NCBI RefSeq assembly: GCF_006345805.1
Contig: NC_043017.1
Span: 24,056,001-24,120,000 of the forward strand
Reading direction: 5' to 3'
DNA length: 64,000 nt
Source: Octopus sinensis
Lineage: Eukaryota
The notes beneath the pieces were generated by a model that saw only the letters and a program-made list of their open reading frames with translations, did not search any database and was not told where the DNA came from. A program made the translations under genes and the position numbers. Numbering within the stretch: position 1 is the first letter of the stretch; each line of letters opens with the position of its first letter. Shown here piece after piece: positions 37,701-52,300 of the stretch.

Positions 37701-40700
37701 CAATGACTTCCTTGAAAAGAAAAGCAAAAACAAAAAAACAAAAATACAAAAAAAAAATGCAAAAGAAAAAAAACAAAATAAAATAAAATACAAAAAATTA
37801 TTCAAAAATTATTATTTCGTTAAACTGAAAATAAAAATGAGAAAAAACACAAACCAATTATATTATAATCAAACAGAAATGTAATACTTTTGTTTTTAAC
37901 CCTTTAACTGTGAAATTAAATTTCATGGTTATTCTAATAACAATGCTAAATATTTACCAAAAAATAGAATTGGTATTTTCTTCAAGGTCACATTATCTCA
38001 ATAAAATATGACATTTCATTTTTCAACAAAAGATAGATTGATATATAAAAGTGCTTTCTACAGTAATGAAATTTTGAGTGAATATCTCTGATTTCCACAG
38101 TAAAAGGGTTAAATGTACAAAAATAAAATGAAATTTAAAGGAAAAAAATATCATGCAGAGATCATATTTTGACCCTTGAATCACCCTTTGAGTGACCACC
38201 ATTTCAAACATGTATTGTTTGTTATTCAGTTTCCATTATTTTGTTTAATTATACAGACACAGCAACTGTTATTGTCACTACAATGTTAACATTTTAGCAT
38301 TTCAACTAGCAATATCCAGATCAAATATTCAACATGTTTTATGTTCAAAGAGGCCAGATTCTGCCTCTCCTCTCTTATCCAGTTGATCTAAAAATAAACA
38401 ATCACATCATTGAAATCTCAAAGCTGTGAGATTATGCATGATTAATTCAAACCAATAGGCATTACATTTGACGGAGAAATCTGAATGTTAAAGGATTAAC
38501 CTTTTAACATTTAAATAGCCATGTCTTCCTGTTTTATGCTCAAACCGGCCAGATCCAACCTCTCATACCAATCCTACAACACAATTTGAAAAATAAACAA
38601 TCACATCATTAGAAATCTCTTAAAGATAATACATGATTAATTCCAAATGATATGAATATAAAGCATTAAACTTGAAGTAATTTGAATGCTAAAGGGTTAA
38701 ACATATCCTGGGATTAAATCCTTGGCCTTGTCCAAACCACTAAGATGTGTCATCAGAATTTTTTAAAAAATTATTTTGAAAGGTTTCAATATTTGCAGGA
38801 ATTGTACATCTAAAATTTCTCAAACTTTTTCAATCCACTGTTCTTTGAGCTTTATAAATCATCCTCAATGCTTGTTTGGTTGTTTTATGTCTGTTTTTCT
38901 ATGCTGGCTTGGGTTGGATGAAGACATTATTTGAGGCATTGTTTTACAGTCAGATACCTTTCCTGGTGCTAAAACTTATCTGTTTTTCAAGTAAGGAGCT
39001 TCAAAGACATTAAGTGCCCAGACAATTTCTTGACAGGAGAAACAAATCAGAACATCACACGCAGCTCTTTTGTACAAGAAGTTGCAGATATAAAGACACA
39101 CACACCACAGGGGGGCAGGTTGCTTACATCGACCCCAGCATTTCAGTGATTATATTGGCCCTGTTAGAATGAAAGATAAAGTTGACCTCACCAGGATTTG
39201 AACTCAGAACATAAAGGGCCAGAACAAATGCCACTAAGCAGTTTGCCTGACCCATTAATTCTGCCAGTCCTTTTGCTGAGCTGCTAAGTTACAGGCATGT
39301 AAGCACACCAACACCGGTTGTCAAGCAGTGGAAGAGACAAATTCAGACTCAAAAGAAAAAAAAAACGAGAAGACAAAAATAAGATTACAGCTTTGCCAAT
39401 TTTCTTCTGAGTGCAAGAAAAGGTCTTTTCTGTCACACCTTTCTAGTGAAAACACTTTTTCTCAACTCTGTGTGTATTACCTATTAATATCTAAAGAAAT
39501 ATGAATTTAACCCTTTCATTTTTACCATATTTCTATTGAAATACACAGCCTTTGTTTCAGCTCATTCTGTACTTTTTCCTTTTACACATCCGGTAGATTT
39601 ACCTCAGCGCTCTCTTGTATATTTCATATAATTTGCCAGAAGAGCATTTTTTTTTTTTTTGGAGCAACGTGAAATGAAGTATTTTGCTCAAGAACACAAT
39701 GCGTCGCCCGGTCCAGGAATCGAAACCACAATCTTACGATCATGATGCTGACACCCTAACCACTAAGCCATGTGCCTCCACACAGCACTTTCTTCTAACT
39801 GCTCCAGGTATATTCTCATTTGATTGTTCATGTCTCATTGTCTTACTAATGAACTTCCTTTATTCCCAGGCTGCCTGAAGCCTTAAAGTAGACAAACTTC
39901 ATTTATACAAATAACAATTAAATCCATGGTTAAATCATTCCAATCTCAGCTGTTTCTTCCAGATTCACTCATCCGCGCAATCACCTCCCCCAAATAAAAA
40001 AAAAAGGGAGAGAGAAATTGATGTTGTCCCTCCTTAAGGAAAAGCAATAATTCGTTGACAATTTCTGTAAAAAATTTTATCTGTGGAAAAGAAAGGAAAG
40101 GCAAAGGAAAACAAGAATCACTGCCAGACCCAAAGTAAATAATATCTGTTTTCCTGCAAAACAATATTCATTTTTAAAAGAAATTTCAGTGAAGTTAATT
40201 TCTGTAATTATTTTATTCTGGAGCAAATCATCAGATATGGTGTTATGTGTCTGCCTGAATAAGTTCAACAACTCAAATTTCATTTGAGTTGAAATTTCAT
40301 TTAATCAGTCGTTAAAAGGCTCGTTATAGATGCCAATCTTATTTCACTCTCCCTATGAATTTGAGACTCTTGTAACTATGTAATGTATAATAACTTGCTG
40401 TCACTGGTCTTTTGTGTTGTGTAGCAGCATAATTTCCTGGTAAACCAATTCCATAACCCAGTTTTCATCCTTGCCCCATTGGAATTAGTTCATTTTTGAT
40501 ACCAAACTGGTTAAGACTACTTCTGGTTCTACGATACACGTTTCTTGTTTTAAAGAGATCTAAATTAAATCTTCCATCAAAGTTTTTACATTGATTTACA
40601 TTCCAAACACCAGCTTAGTAAGGAGAGAATTATTTCATTAAATTTATCATTATTTTCAAAATTAATTGAAACAAAAGCAGTGGATTTCAAAAGGAATATG

Positions 40701-43700
40701 GTTACAAAAGGGATAATGCTCTTAGGAAAGATTACCTCATCACAGCTTCTCAATTCCTATCTGCAACGGAATCCCAAGCCAGCTGGCTTTAGAAGAAAGC
40801 ATAACTCTATTATAGGAGTGAGGCCTGAAATTTTTGGTGGAAGGAGCTAGTCAACTGCATCAACCCCAGTACTCAACTGGTACTTATTTCATTGACCCCA
40901 AAAGGATGAAAGGTAAAGTCGACCTTGGCAGAATTTGAACTCAGAACACAAAGCTGAAAGAAATTCTGCAAAGTATTTTGTCCAGTGTGTTCACAATTCT
41001 GCCAGCTTGCAGCCTTAAGAAACAACGCCAAATTTTAATGACTCAACTCTTCAAAATAAGGTCATTCTAAGTCACCCAAAAATTACTAAAAAACATAGTT
41101 CCTCTTTTTATTAGTATAAAACCAAAAACAAGACATGAATGAATGAATGCAGAAGTTTTTTGGAAAATCAAAAATTAAACAGATAAGAGAACATTATAGT
41201 TTGAATCAATGAAAGAAAAAACCCTCACTTGACAGGAACACTTTAAATATTGTACAAAGGAATATTGTATAGGAACTAGTTTATAATTTGGGCTGAGGTC
41301 TGTAAATGAACATAGATGTGAGGATACAATTTAATCCTTTGGCATTTAAACCAGCTATATCTGACCAAACTATTCTACCTGTTGTATGTTCAAACTGACC
41401 AGATTTGGCCTCTCACACCTACCCTGCAATGTCATTCTAAAAATACACAGTCACATCACCAAAGCTATGAAATGATTCATGATTAATTCAAAGTAATGTG
41501 AATAAATAAGCACTACATTTGACAAAGTAATCTGAATTCTAAAGAGGTAAATATTCATCATATTCTTTATAAGAGAGAATCTCAGAATTATATTAGAAAA
41601 GATATTCTTCTGAGGAGCAAATTTCACAATTACAGCAAAGTATGAGAGATGTACCAAATGTACTCCAAAAGTAGACATTACATTTGTTATTAATTGATGT
41701 AGATCATTCAAATTATACCTGTTGGTAGAGTGACTCTTCTTCTACAAGAACTCTTCTTCTTGTAATGTAAGTATTTCCAAATGAGTCTAAGAAACTTAAT
41801 TAATGTCACATCTGAAATGTTTAATGGATCATGGAGTGCACTTCTTTCAAGATTTTCAGAGCAAAAACCAGGAAAAAGGAAGTAACCATATTAGTAGTAA
41901 CCACCTCTAAAAATCTGATATATTTGGGGGGCTTTTAAACATTTTAATTGAGAGAAAGGAGCTGTGTCTATGTATGCCGTCTGAGAGTGATGAAATTGCC
42001 CAGTTGATGCTCTTGAATAACTCCAAGTTGACAACGACAGAAAAAATATGGAACAGTGGGGAAGAAACTCAAGAAGGTTGACTCTCTGGGAAAAGCGCAT
42101 TGGAAACAAAGTGGTGGGTGTAGGACCTTGAGGTAGGGACGCAATATGTGTGAAGAGAAGAAAAGTGATTAGCTTAATGAATGGAGTTGAATGTAGGGGG
42201 TGGGGGGTAAGGAACCAGCTAGCTCCAAGGAGCAGAGGTTTTTGAAGAGGTTGTAGAAAATCAGAAGAAAGAGGAGAGCACATTTGGAAGTTGGAGGTTG
42301 AAGTGTGTTGGTGATTAATTCTATACTAATCAAGTCATGTGGTTTATCTTGTGGATGGGATTTAGCCTAGAATGTTTGTATGTGTAGTAGTAGCACAGTC
42401 CAAGATGTGGCAGCAGTATGAATCTCTCTTTCTCTCTCTTCCATTCTCTCTAAAAGAAGAAAGAAAGAAGGAACAAAAACAAACAAAAAAAACCACTCTA
42501 TATTTTTAACAGAGCATGTAATGCTAACTTCAAAACCATCTGTGAATGTACTTTAGATAAGGCGGAATCTCCTCTGTACTCTAAACACCATGCATGAAGA
42601 CTAAATCTTCATGAAGTGAGCTATTACTTGAAGTCATCTAATAATGCAGGATGCAAAGTTACCCCAAATTTTCGACATGCTTAGCAAAGTAATGTCAAGC
42701 ATTTTATTCTTCTTCTATGCCGAATCCAAGTCCTGTTATCTTCTAAGAGAAAGCAACAAGAAGACATTCTTGTTATTAAACTCAGGTCACAATCCTCCGG
42801 TGTCTTGACCAAATTTGACATTGAATCCAAGTTCTGGCCTCTGTTCAAGAAGCAATGGTGACTGCTACGTAACAGTCCATCGTTCAAAGGTATCCACCAA
42901 CAGGATTGTGTTTCATTCAACTACCACAGAAACTCTACATTTACAACAATGAAAACACTGGATGCCGAACTCATTCCTACAACAGTAATTCCAGATGGTC
43001 CCTTCTCCATTCCCCAACATTGCTATCCTCACCCAATTTCCTAGAAACACATTAATTAATATAGAGATTGGGTAAAAAATAATTAGCATTCAGTTGATAA
43101 TTACTATTATTTAGTTCCTCATTACGTACATGCTAGCTAGAAGATTTCAGAGGATTAGAATATGCAAATATACCTGTTTTTGGAAGAGAGTCAGCAGTTG
43201 TGGTGACACTAGCTTTCTTACTACCCTGATGTGTCTGACTGTTTGCTACAGCTTGGCCAGACTTAGGGCGAGACCGTTGCTTATGGATTTCAGATTCGTT
43301 GTTAGTATGGAGATCCGATTTAGAAGAATCGCCATTGAGGTCCCTCTGAGATGTAGTTGTTAGCTCAACTTCTTTGCCAGCAGCGGTGTGTAACTCCCCC
43401 CTACATAACGACGAAGACGATGAAGACGATGAGATTACAACACCAGTTCGAGACGCATTTTTCCCAATGCGAACCGTGGATTTGTTCCTTTTAGGCATAT
43501 CACCTGGAACAGCCAGAAGAAAGAGAAGAAAAAGACAAAACTCAGAACAAAGAAGGAAAAAACACAGAGGTGCTGCCAAACAACTAATCAAATATATAGG
43601 GAAATTAAACTGAAATTATTATTGCATAGTTTCATTATATATCAAACAAAAGACAAACTACACACCACAAAACAGCTTCATTTTAATTCATATTCTCTTT

Positions 43701-45607
43701 TAACTACATAAACTTAGGAATGTTGTGAAACAAAAGTAAATTGCTTGGTAAGCCATGTCCATGATTCAGTTTCAACGTCACGTAACCAATTTCATGTGTA
43801 CTGCCAATTCCTCTGAGTGTCACAAACACAAGAATGAACCTCTGAGACAGTCACGGACAAACTGCAGGTCACAGGACTTTCTGAATGACACGCATGATGC
43901 AAAATTATAAAAAAAATTACTTGGAATTATTTCAGTAGCAAAGCCCTTCTGACAATGGGCCATGTCTCATGCAGCCTGCTTCACGAAAAAAGGTTGCTCA
44001 TACCTGCTGTATGGGATCACTAGGTTTGTTAGAAATAACAACCAAATTTCCTTTAAACTACATACTATCATCTTAGAACAAAATGACAAGATATACAAGA
44101 TAATTTAGTTCTAAAATACATACACTACAAAAAAGCACTGGACAGTCATGGTTGGAACACCACACAATCAAAATCAACCTTGTGCTAAAGAATGTCTCAA
44201 CTCCTATCTCCTCCTCATCTCTAAAATCATCAGATTTAATGCCTACCCAACGAAAGCAGCAATAAAGGAATTGCTTCAGTCCAGAAAAGTCCATGTTTTA
44301 TATTTTGGGGAGAGAAAAAAAAACCTAAAGAATAAGTTATGGTGTGTGTGTGTGTGTGAAAGTACTTTAGAGTTGGAGAAAGTACAATCAAATTGGAGAA
44401 GTACAAATGAGTTCGAGAGAGTATACCAAAGATGGAAAGAGTACACCAGAGCTGGAGAGAGGATGCCAGAGCTGGAGAGAGTATACCAGAGCTGGAGAGA
44501 GTATGTCAGAGAATGGAGAGAGTATGGCAGAGCTAGAGAGAGTATGCCAGAGCTGGAGAGAGTATGCCAAAGTTGGAGAGAGTATGCCAAAGTTGGAGAG
44601 AGTAAGTCAGAGCTGGAAGAGAATATGCCAGAGTTGGAAGAGAATATGCCAGAGTTGGAGAGAATATGCCAGAGTTGGAGAGAGTATGTCAGAGTTGGAG
44701 AGAGTATGCCTGAGCTAGAAGAGAATATGCCAGAGTTGGAGAGAGTATGTCAGAGCTGGAGAGGGTATGCCAGAGCTGGAGAGAGTATGCCAGAGCTGGA
44801 AGAGAATATGCCAGAGTTGGAGAGAGTATGTCAGAGCTGGAAGAGAATATGCCAGAGTTGGAGAGAGTATGCCAGAGCTGGAGAGAGTATGCCAGAGCTG
44901 GAGAGAGTATGTCAGAGCTGGAAGAGAATATGCCAGAGTTGGAGAGAGTATGTCAGAGCTGGAGAGAGTATGCCAGAGCTGGAGAGAGTATGCCAGAGCT
45001 GGAAGAGAATATGCCAGAGTTGGAGAGAGTATGTCACAGCTGGAGAGAGTATGCCAGAGCTGGAGAGAGTATGCCAGAGCTGGAAGAGAATATGCCAGAG
45101 TTGGAGAGAGTATGTCAGAGCTGGAGAGGGTATGCCAGAGCTGGAGAGTCCTAATGCTAAATAAAGTTGAAGGCCTTCATTAAAGTTCAGAAGTGCAAGA
45201 AACCACTAATGTATGATACAAAAGAACAAGTCTCAAAGAGATCCTACTTTATGGAAACCTCTTTACTGCTGGTCACCAAGGAAAGAAGGGAGCCTGTAGG
45301 TACTAAAAGGGCTGATTGTTTATGGCTAATTCCATCAACTTCGATGATGTTGAAATTGAGAACACTAGGATAGGTGTTGGTAGCGTCAGACTTATTATTC
45401 TTAGGAACGGACACATTGCTTGTATTTGCACAAACTGGAGTGGATCTAAGTAACACAGTCATAACAAAAAGATGTGATGTACACTTCCAGCTTTCAGATG
45501 TATTTCGAAACAAGTGTACTGTATGTGTGTGAGAATATCCGCACATACATACACATAGACACAAAAGCACAGATACACATGCATACGCACATGCATGCCT
45601 GTGTGTG

Positions 45608-45647
<40 letters not shown>

Positions 45648-47480
45648 TACATAAAGCAATCTTCTTCAGCCAATAAAATAAGAATACAAAGAACAACAAC
45701 AAATAATGAAAGGGAAAAAAAAAGGGGGAGAAAACAAAAAAGAAAACAAAATGAAATTTAAAAAAACAGTACAAGGTCATCATCGTTCATCATAATTTGG
45801 CCGGATGACCTTCGACACTCACCGTTGACCACATCATTGGCCACCTTTGAGATGCTTACTGGCCCCTGAGAATTAGGCTTGTGTTGTTGGTCAGCAGAGG
45901 GAGGATTTTGGTTTGACTTCTTTTTGTTCTTCTTCTTCTGTTTCAACACCTACAAAGCCATTGAAAATAAAGACTATTTATTCTCTCACACCCAGAAGGG
46001 CAAAGTTAGTGCCTTTATCATTTTAACGATTATGCATATCTATCAATTCATAATTAGTTCTATTGATTACAGAAGATGCAGAAATGGGGAAAAGGGAATT
46101 TGCAATGTCCAGGCCGTTTAAAAGAGCTTTAACCCTTCAGCATTCAAACCAGTCATATCCAGCCAAAATATTCTGCCTGTTATATATTCAAACTGACCAG
46201 ATTCGGCCATTCACACCTAGCCAACAATGTCATTCTAAACTAAATAATCACATCATGGACATCTGAAAACCAAGAGATAATACATAATTAATTTAAAACA
46301 ACGTGAATAAATAAAATACATTTGACAAAATAAACTGAATGCTAAAGGGTTAATTAACAGAGGAAGTGAAATAGCTACAACCAAGAATCGAACCTGGATT
46401 CTCAGATTTGGTTTGCCACCAACTCAAAGCCACCTTCCCCCACTTAATCCTCCACCTCCTGTCACTTTTAGGATCTGTCCTGGAAGTCATTTTCCGTAAG
46501 CTAGTTGAGAACTTTCAACAATTTGCTCTGGATCCCAACAATGGTGTTTAAAGGGTGAACTCTGAGCTGCATTTTCGTCTTGGAGAAGAGATGGGAGTCT
46601 GCAGGTACAGAAGCAATACCATGTTGTCTTTGGCAAGAAACTCACGAGTGAGGAGAGCTCGGTGACAGGGTGCATTGTCATCATGAAGAATCCAATTCTT
46701 CGAGCTCCACAGATTCAGTTGCTTTCACCAAATGTCCTTCCTCAAATGCTTCAAAATGTCACAGTAGAACTCTTGACTGAAGGTCTGGCCCGGAGGGTAC
46801 AAATCTTGATGCATAATACGGCAGACGCCAAAAAAAAACCGATGAGCATGCTCTTGACTGAGCTGTGACTCTGCCATGCCTTCTTCAGTCATAGAGATGA
46901 AGGGCTCTTCCATTGTGACAACTGCTACTTCATCTTTGAAACATACTCAATGTCTCTGTAGCAGACTTTGCAAGTTTAACACCAAGTTTCATGTTGGCTC
47001 TTTGTTCCAACTTCCTGTCCATGATAAAAATTGCAGACTACACCCTAGCTGTGATCGCAAAAACACAAATTTCACAATTTTAGTAAACACAGTGATGTCA
47101 CATGGCACACTGCCTCATGAAGGTCACTGCTAGCTCTCACTGTACATGCAACTGTGTGCCACCATCTGTTGGCATGCTAAAGTCACTCACCTTATTATCA
47201 GGAAGATGCCATTCTTTCAAAGCCTCCTTGGCACCATCTGAAGATCAAAAGAAGAACTTTTAACATCCAAATATTTTATCACCCTTATTTTATATCATTA
47301 CTAGAAACAGCCCTCATATAGTTTAGAAAATATATGACAAACCCTATATATATATATATATATATAATAACAATTTAATAAATAAAATATATGCATACAT
47401 ACATACATACATGTATGTACCTACATCTATATGTATATATACATGCATATGTGTATATATATATGAGTACATGTCCTGTA

Positions 47481-47520
<40 letters not shown>

Positions 47521-49340
47521 TGTATATATACATATAGATGTAGGTACGTACATATATGTATGTATGTATGCATATATTTTATTTATTAAATTGTTATTAT
47601 ATAACTGAGCGCCATCGCGTCGTTTCATTTTTTTCCTCCAAGTAAGTTTATATATATTTAAAGAAAACAGAAAATGGAGAAATATTGATAAACAATTGGC
47701 TTAGATCAATTATCATTTATTAATTCAATACAAATAGACTGCATCCCGTCTAACAGCTATTTCTGCCTCCAATGTTGTATGGTTGTTGCCATTGATATGC
47801 TAAAAATATTTATCATATTCCGTAATATAATTGATCTGAAACACGAAGCTTCATCAGAGTGAAGTATAAAAGGTGAAAGAGTTTAACCACTTACTAGTAA
47901 ATAAATAAAAAATTACATTTAATCGATTAGCACTTTATTATGATAAATACTCTATTACTTGTTTCAGTCATTTGATTGTGGCCATGCTGGAGCACCGCCT
48001 TTAGTCAAGCAAATCGACCCTGGGACTTATTCTTTGTAAGCCTAGTGCTTATTTTATCGGTCTCTTTTGCCAAACCGCTAAGTTACGGGGATGTAAACAC
48101 ACCAGCATCGGTTGTCAAGCGATGTTGGGGGGACAAACACAGACACACAAACATATACACACACACACATAGATATATTTATACATATATACGACAGGCT
48201 TCTTTCAGTTTCCGTCTACCAAATCTACTCACAAGGCTTCGGTCGGCCCGAGGCTATAGCAGAAGACACTTGCCCAAGGTGCCACACAGTGGGACTGAAC
48301 CCGGAACCATGTGGTTCATAAGCAAGCTACTTACCACACAGCCACCCCAGCAAAGAAACTGGTTTCCAACTTCCAAATTTCACTCAGAAGGCAATAATAG
48401 TCTGTGCCTAAGTCTAAAGTAGAAGACACCTTGCCAAAGTGCCATGCAACATGATCAAACTTTGGTCTCTGTACTACACAGTTATATCATGTGTGTGTAT
48501 GTGTGTGTGTGTGTGTTATCCTCATCGTCTTCACATCCACTTTTCCATGCTGGCATGGGTCGAGTGGAATTTGTTGAGGCAGGTTTTCTAAAGCTGGATG
48601 CTCTTCCTGTCACCAACCCTCACCTGTTTCCAAGTAAGTTAATATTTTCCCAGGGTCAGACATCTCCTTGCACAATATTGGAAATAAACGACATTCATTT
48701 TGCAATAACCACGTGACAAGCTTCTTTCAGTTTCCATCAACCAAATCCACTTTACACAGCTTTGGTCAGCCCAAGGCTAAAGTAGAAAACACTTAAGCAA
48801 GGAACTGCACTGTGGAATTGAACCCAAGACCACATGGTTGGGAAGCAGGCTTCTTAACCACACCCACCACCACCCCACCCAACCAGGCCAGCATATATAC
48901 ACAGCCACACCTGCACCTACATACAACCACACCTGCACACACTGATTAAATATTCAAAACATAACGATTACCCACCTTCCATATAAGCTTGTATAGTTCT
49001 TTCAACACAGTTGTCATAATACTGAAGCACTAAAATAATTTCATTAGCATTTTTCCCTGGGACGATTTCTTTCACAGCCTGAACCTGGCAAAAAAAAACA
49101 GAAAATAAATAGAATTAACGACATAAAATCCAAGACAATTCAAAAACAGCTTATATATTCAAATCTTAAACGCTTAGATCTGCAAAGTAACAATGGCATT
49201 CACCGCTTGTCTTTGCAGTAAATCAGGTTTTCAATGTGCTAATCGTTCAACTTCATCTTCACTGCTTTCAATAGTTATTACATAATAAATATTAAATCTA
49301 TAAACTTTGCTTTTTTCCTTTGTGAGTAGTGGTGGTGGTG

Positions 49341-49381
<41 letters not shown>

Positions 49382-52300
49382 TTTTGGGGGGGGAGCACTC
49401 CATCGGTTACGACGACGAGGGTTCCGGTTGATCTGATCAATGGAACAGTCTGCTCGTGAAATTAGCGTGTAAGTGTCTGAGCACTCCACAGACACGTGTA
49501 CCCTTAATGTAGTTCTCGGGAACATTCAGCGTGACACAGAGAGTGACAAGGCCGGCCCTTTGAAATACAGGTACAACAGAAACAGGAAGTAAGAGTGAGA
49601 GAAAGTTGTGGTGAAAGAGTACAGCAGGGATCACCACCATCCCCTGCCGGAGCCTCATGGAGCTTTAGGTGTTTTCGCTCAATAAACACTCACAACGCCC
49701 GGTCTGGGAATCGAAACCGCGATCCTATGACCGCGAGTCCACTGCCCTAACCACTGGGCCATTGTGCCTCCAGTAGTAGTAGTATGGGGAGCATGTACAG
49801 TAACAACTTTGCACCACTCAGGCGACACCCCTCCAACCTATGGGCATGTTTGGGGGAGTCCTTGCTGTGCGGGGACCGGCATGTTAAAGAAAAGGCCTTA
49901 TGTTTCCACTGCGTGTCATAAAACGCAACTAAAAAAAAGAGGTTGAGATCAGACTTGTATTCTGAGTAGGCTCATCAAACCATTATGATCTCAAGAATAA
50001 ATTCATGGCCACCACATCAGACAGTGGTTGGTGAAGAGAACATGCTGAGGTTTTCATCCTGCAATGGACAGAACATGGGCATAGGAGTGGCTGTGTGGTA
50101 AGTTGCTTGCTTACGAGTCACATGCTTCTGGGTTCAGTCCCACTGCGTGGCACCTTGGGCAAGTGTCTTCTACTATAGCCTCGGGTCGACCAAAGCCTTG
50201 TGAGTGGATTTGGTAGACGGAAACTGAAAGAAGCTCGTCGTATATATGGATATATATATGTATGTGTGTATATGTTTGCATGTCTGTGTTTGTCCCCCCA
50301 ACATCGCTTGACAACCGATGCTGGTGTGTTTACGACCCCGTAACTTAGCGGTTCGGGAAAAGAGACCGATAGAATAAGTACTAGGCTTACAAAGAATAAG
50401 TCCTGGGTCGATTTGCTTGACTAAAGGCGGTGCTCCAGCATGGCCGCAGTCAAATGACTGAAACAAGTAAAAGAGTAAAGAGTAAGAGTAATCCAATCCA
50501 ATACTAAACAAAAAGTCTTGTTCTTGTTGTTGTCTCTGCCCACCCATTGCTTTGGTTTTAAATTTGTGTTGCATAATATAATTTGTACCTACACACACAC
50601 ACACACACACGTACACCCACACACACGTACACCCGCACACACGTACACCCACACAGATAACGTGTTGGAGCAGCTGTAGACTATTGAACTGAATAAAGTA
50701 AAGATTTCATGCAGACCTACAATGGGATCAGATGCAATGTTGAAGCTGACTGACAGGATTTGAACTTGGTCATTAATCATTAAAATTACTGCTCAGTGAG
50801 TTACCATCTGTGCCACCCTAACAATACTGGAAATGAAGGACACCAGTTGCATTACAGTGGCACTCGCTTACAACAGTCACATGATATCAAGACAAGGAGA
50901 CAAGGCGGTGAGCTGGCAGAAACGTTAGCACGCTGGGTGAAATGCTTAGTGATATTTCGTCGGTCGTTACGTTCTGAGTTCAAATTCCGCCAAGGTCAAC
51001 TTTGCATTTCATCCTATCGGGGTCAATAAATAAAGTACCAGTTTTGTACTGGGGTCAATATAATCGACTCAATCCTTTCGTCTGTCCTTGTTTGTCCCCT
51101 CTATGTTTAGCCCCTTCTGGGCAGTAAAGAAATATATCAAGACAAGGAGACAGGCTTCTTTCAGTTTCTGTCAACCAAATACACCCACAAGGTTTTGGTC
51201 AGTCTGGGGTAATGGCAGAAGATACTTGCTCAAAGTGTCACACAGTGGGATTGAACCTAGAACCATGTGGTTGGGAAGCAAATTTCTTACCACACAGTCA
51301 CACCTACGCCCGGCCACACCTGCACCCAGTGGTTGTCAACAAGCATCACCAACATATTAAGTGAAGTTGTTCATTTCTGGTCTTCCATGAAAAACATATC
51401 TGGTCATGGGAAATATTACCTTGTGTGGAAACATAAAAGTTGGCTTGCAGAAAGGGCACCCGGCCATAGAGAATTTGCCTGGAAGCATAGAAAAGGGGAC
51501 AATAACCCTTTAGCATTTAAACTGGCCATATCCAGTCAAAATAATCTACCTGTTTTATCTTCAAGCTAGCCAGGTCTGGCCTCTCACTTTTTTTTTTTTT
51601 TGCACCCTTTTCAAGCCTAGCCAGGCTCATGGGCCTGGTTTCCCAGTTTCTATGGTGTGTGTTCCTCCCAGCTGGACAGGATGCCAGCCAATCGCAGCAT
51701 TACTCAAGAAACAGGAAGAAAGAGTGAGAGAAAGTTGGGGCAAAAGAGTACTGTGGGGATCGCCACCACACCCTGCTGGAACCTCGTGAAGCTTTAGGTG
51801 TTTTCGCTCAATAAACACAGACAACGCCTGGTCTGGGAATCAAAACCGTGATCCTCTGACCACGAGTCCGCTGCCCTAACCACTGGGCCATTGCGCCTCC
51901 ACCTGGCCTCTCACACCTACCCAAAAATATTACTCTAAAAATAAACAATCACATCATTGAAATCTCAAAGCTACAAGATAATGCATGATTAATTCGAAAC
52001 ATCATCATCATCATTATCATCGTTTAACGTCCGCTTTCCATGCTAGCATGGGTTGGACGGTTCGACTGGGGTCTGCGAAGCCAGGAGGCTGCTCCAGGCC
52101 CAGTCTGATCTGGCAGTGTTTCTATGTGAATAAATAAGCATTACATATTACATTTGACAGAGAAATCTGAAAGCTAAAGGGTTCAATGATGATGTTGATA
52201 TTAACTACATATGAAGACAAATAAAAGCTGGGACAATCAAAGTTGGAGTGCATCTCACGGTAGGTCTGCTTGAATTAGGCTTGACTTGGAGTTTATCAAC

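Noticed and set aside
41700-42930. Possible transposon or coding remnant in GC-richer intronic sequence
   Set aside because: No motif, terminus or splice-consistent frame I could support; needs a database search
44148-45183. 338-aa and overlapping 135/138-aa ORFs as a real repetitive protein
   Set aside because: Explained by a stop-poor 20/21-bp minisatellite; all three frames are open over long stretches; antisense within an intron; no recognisable domain
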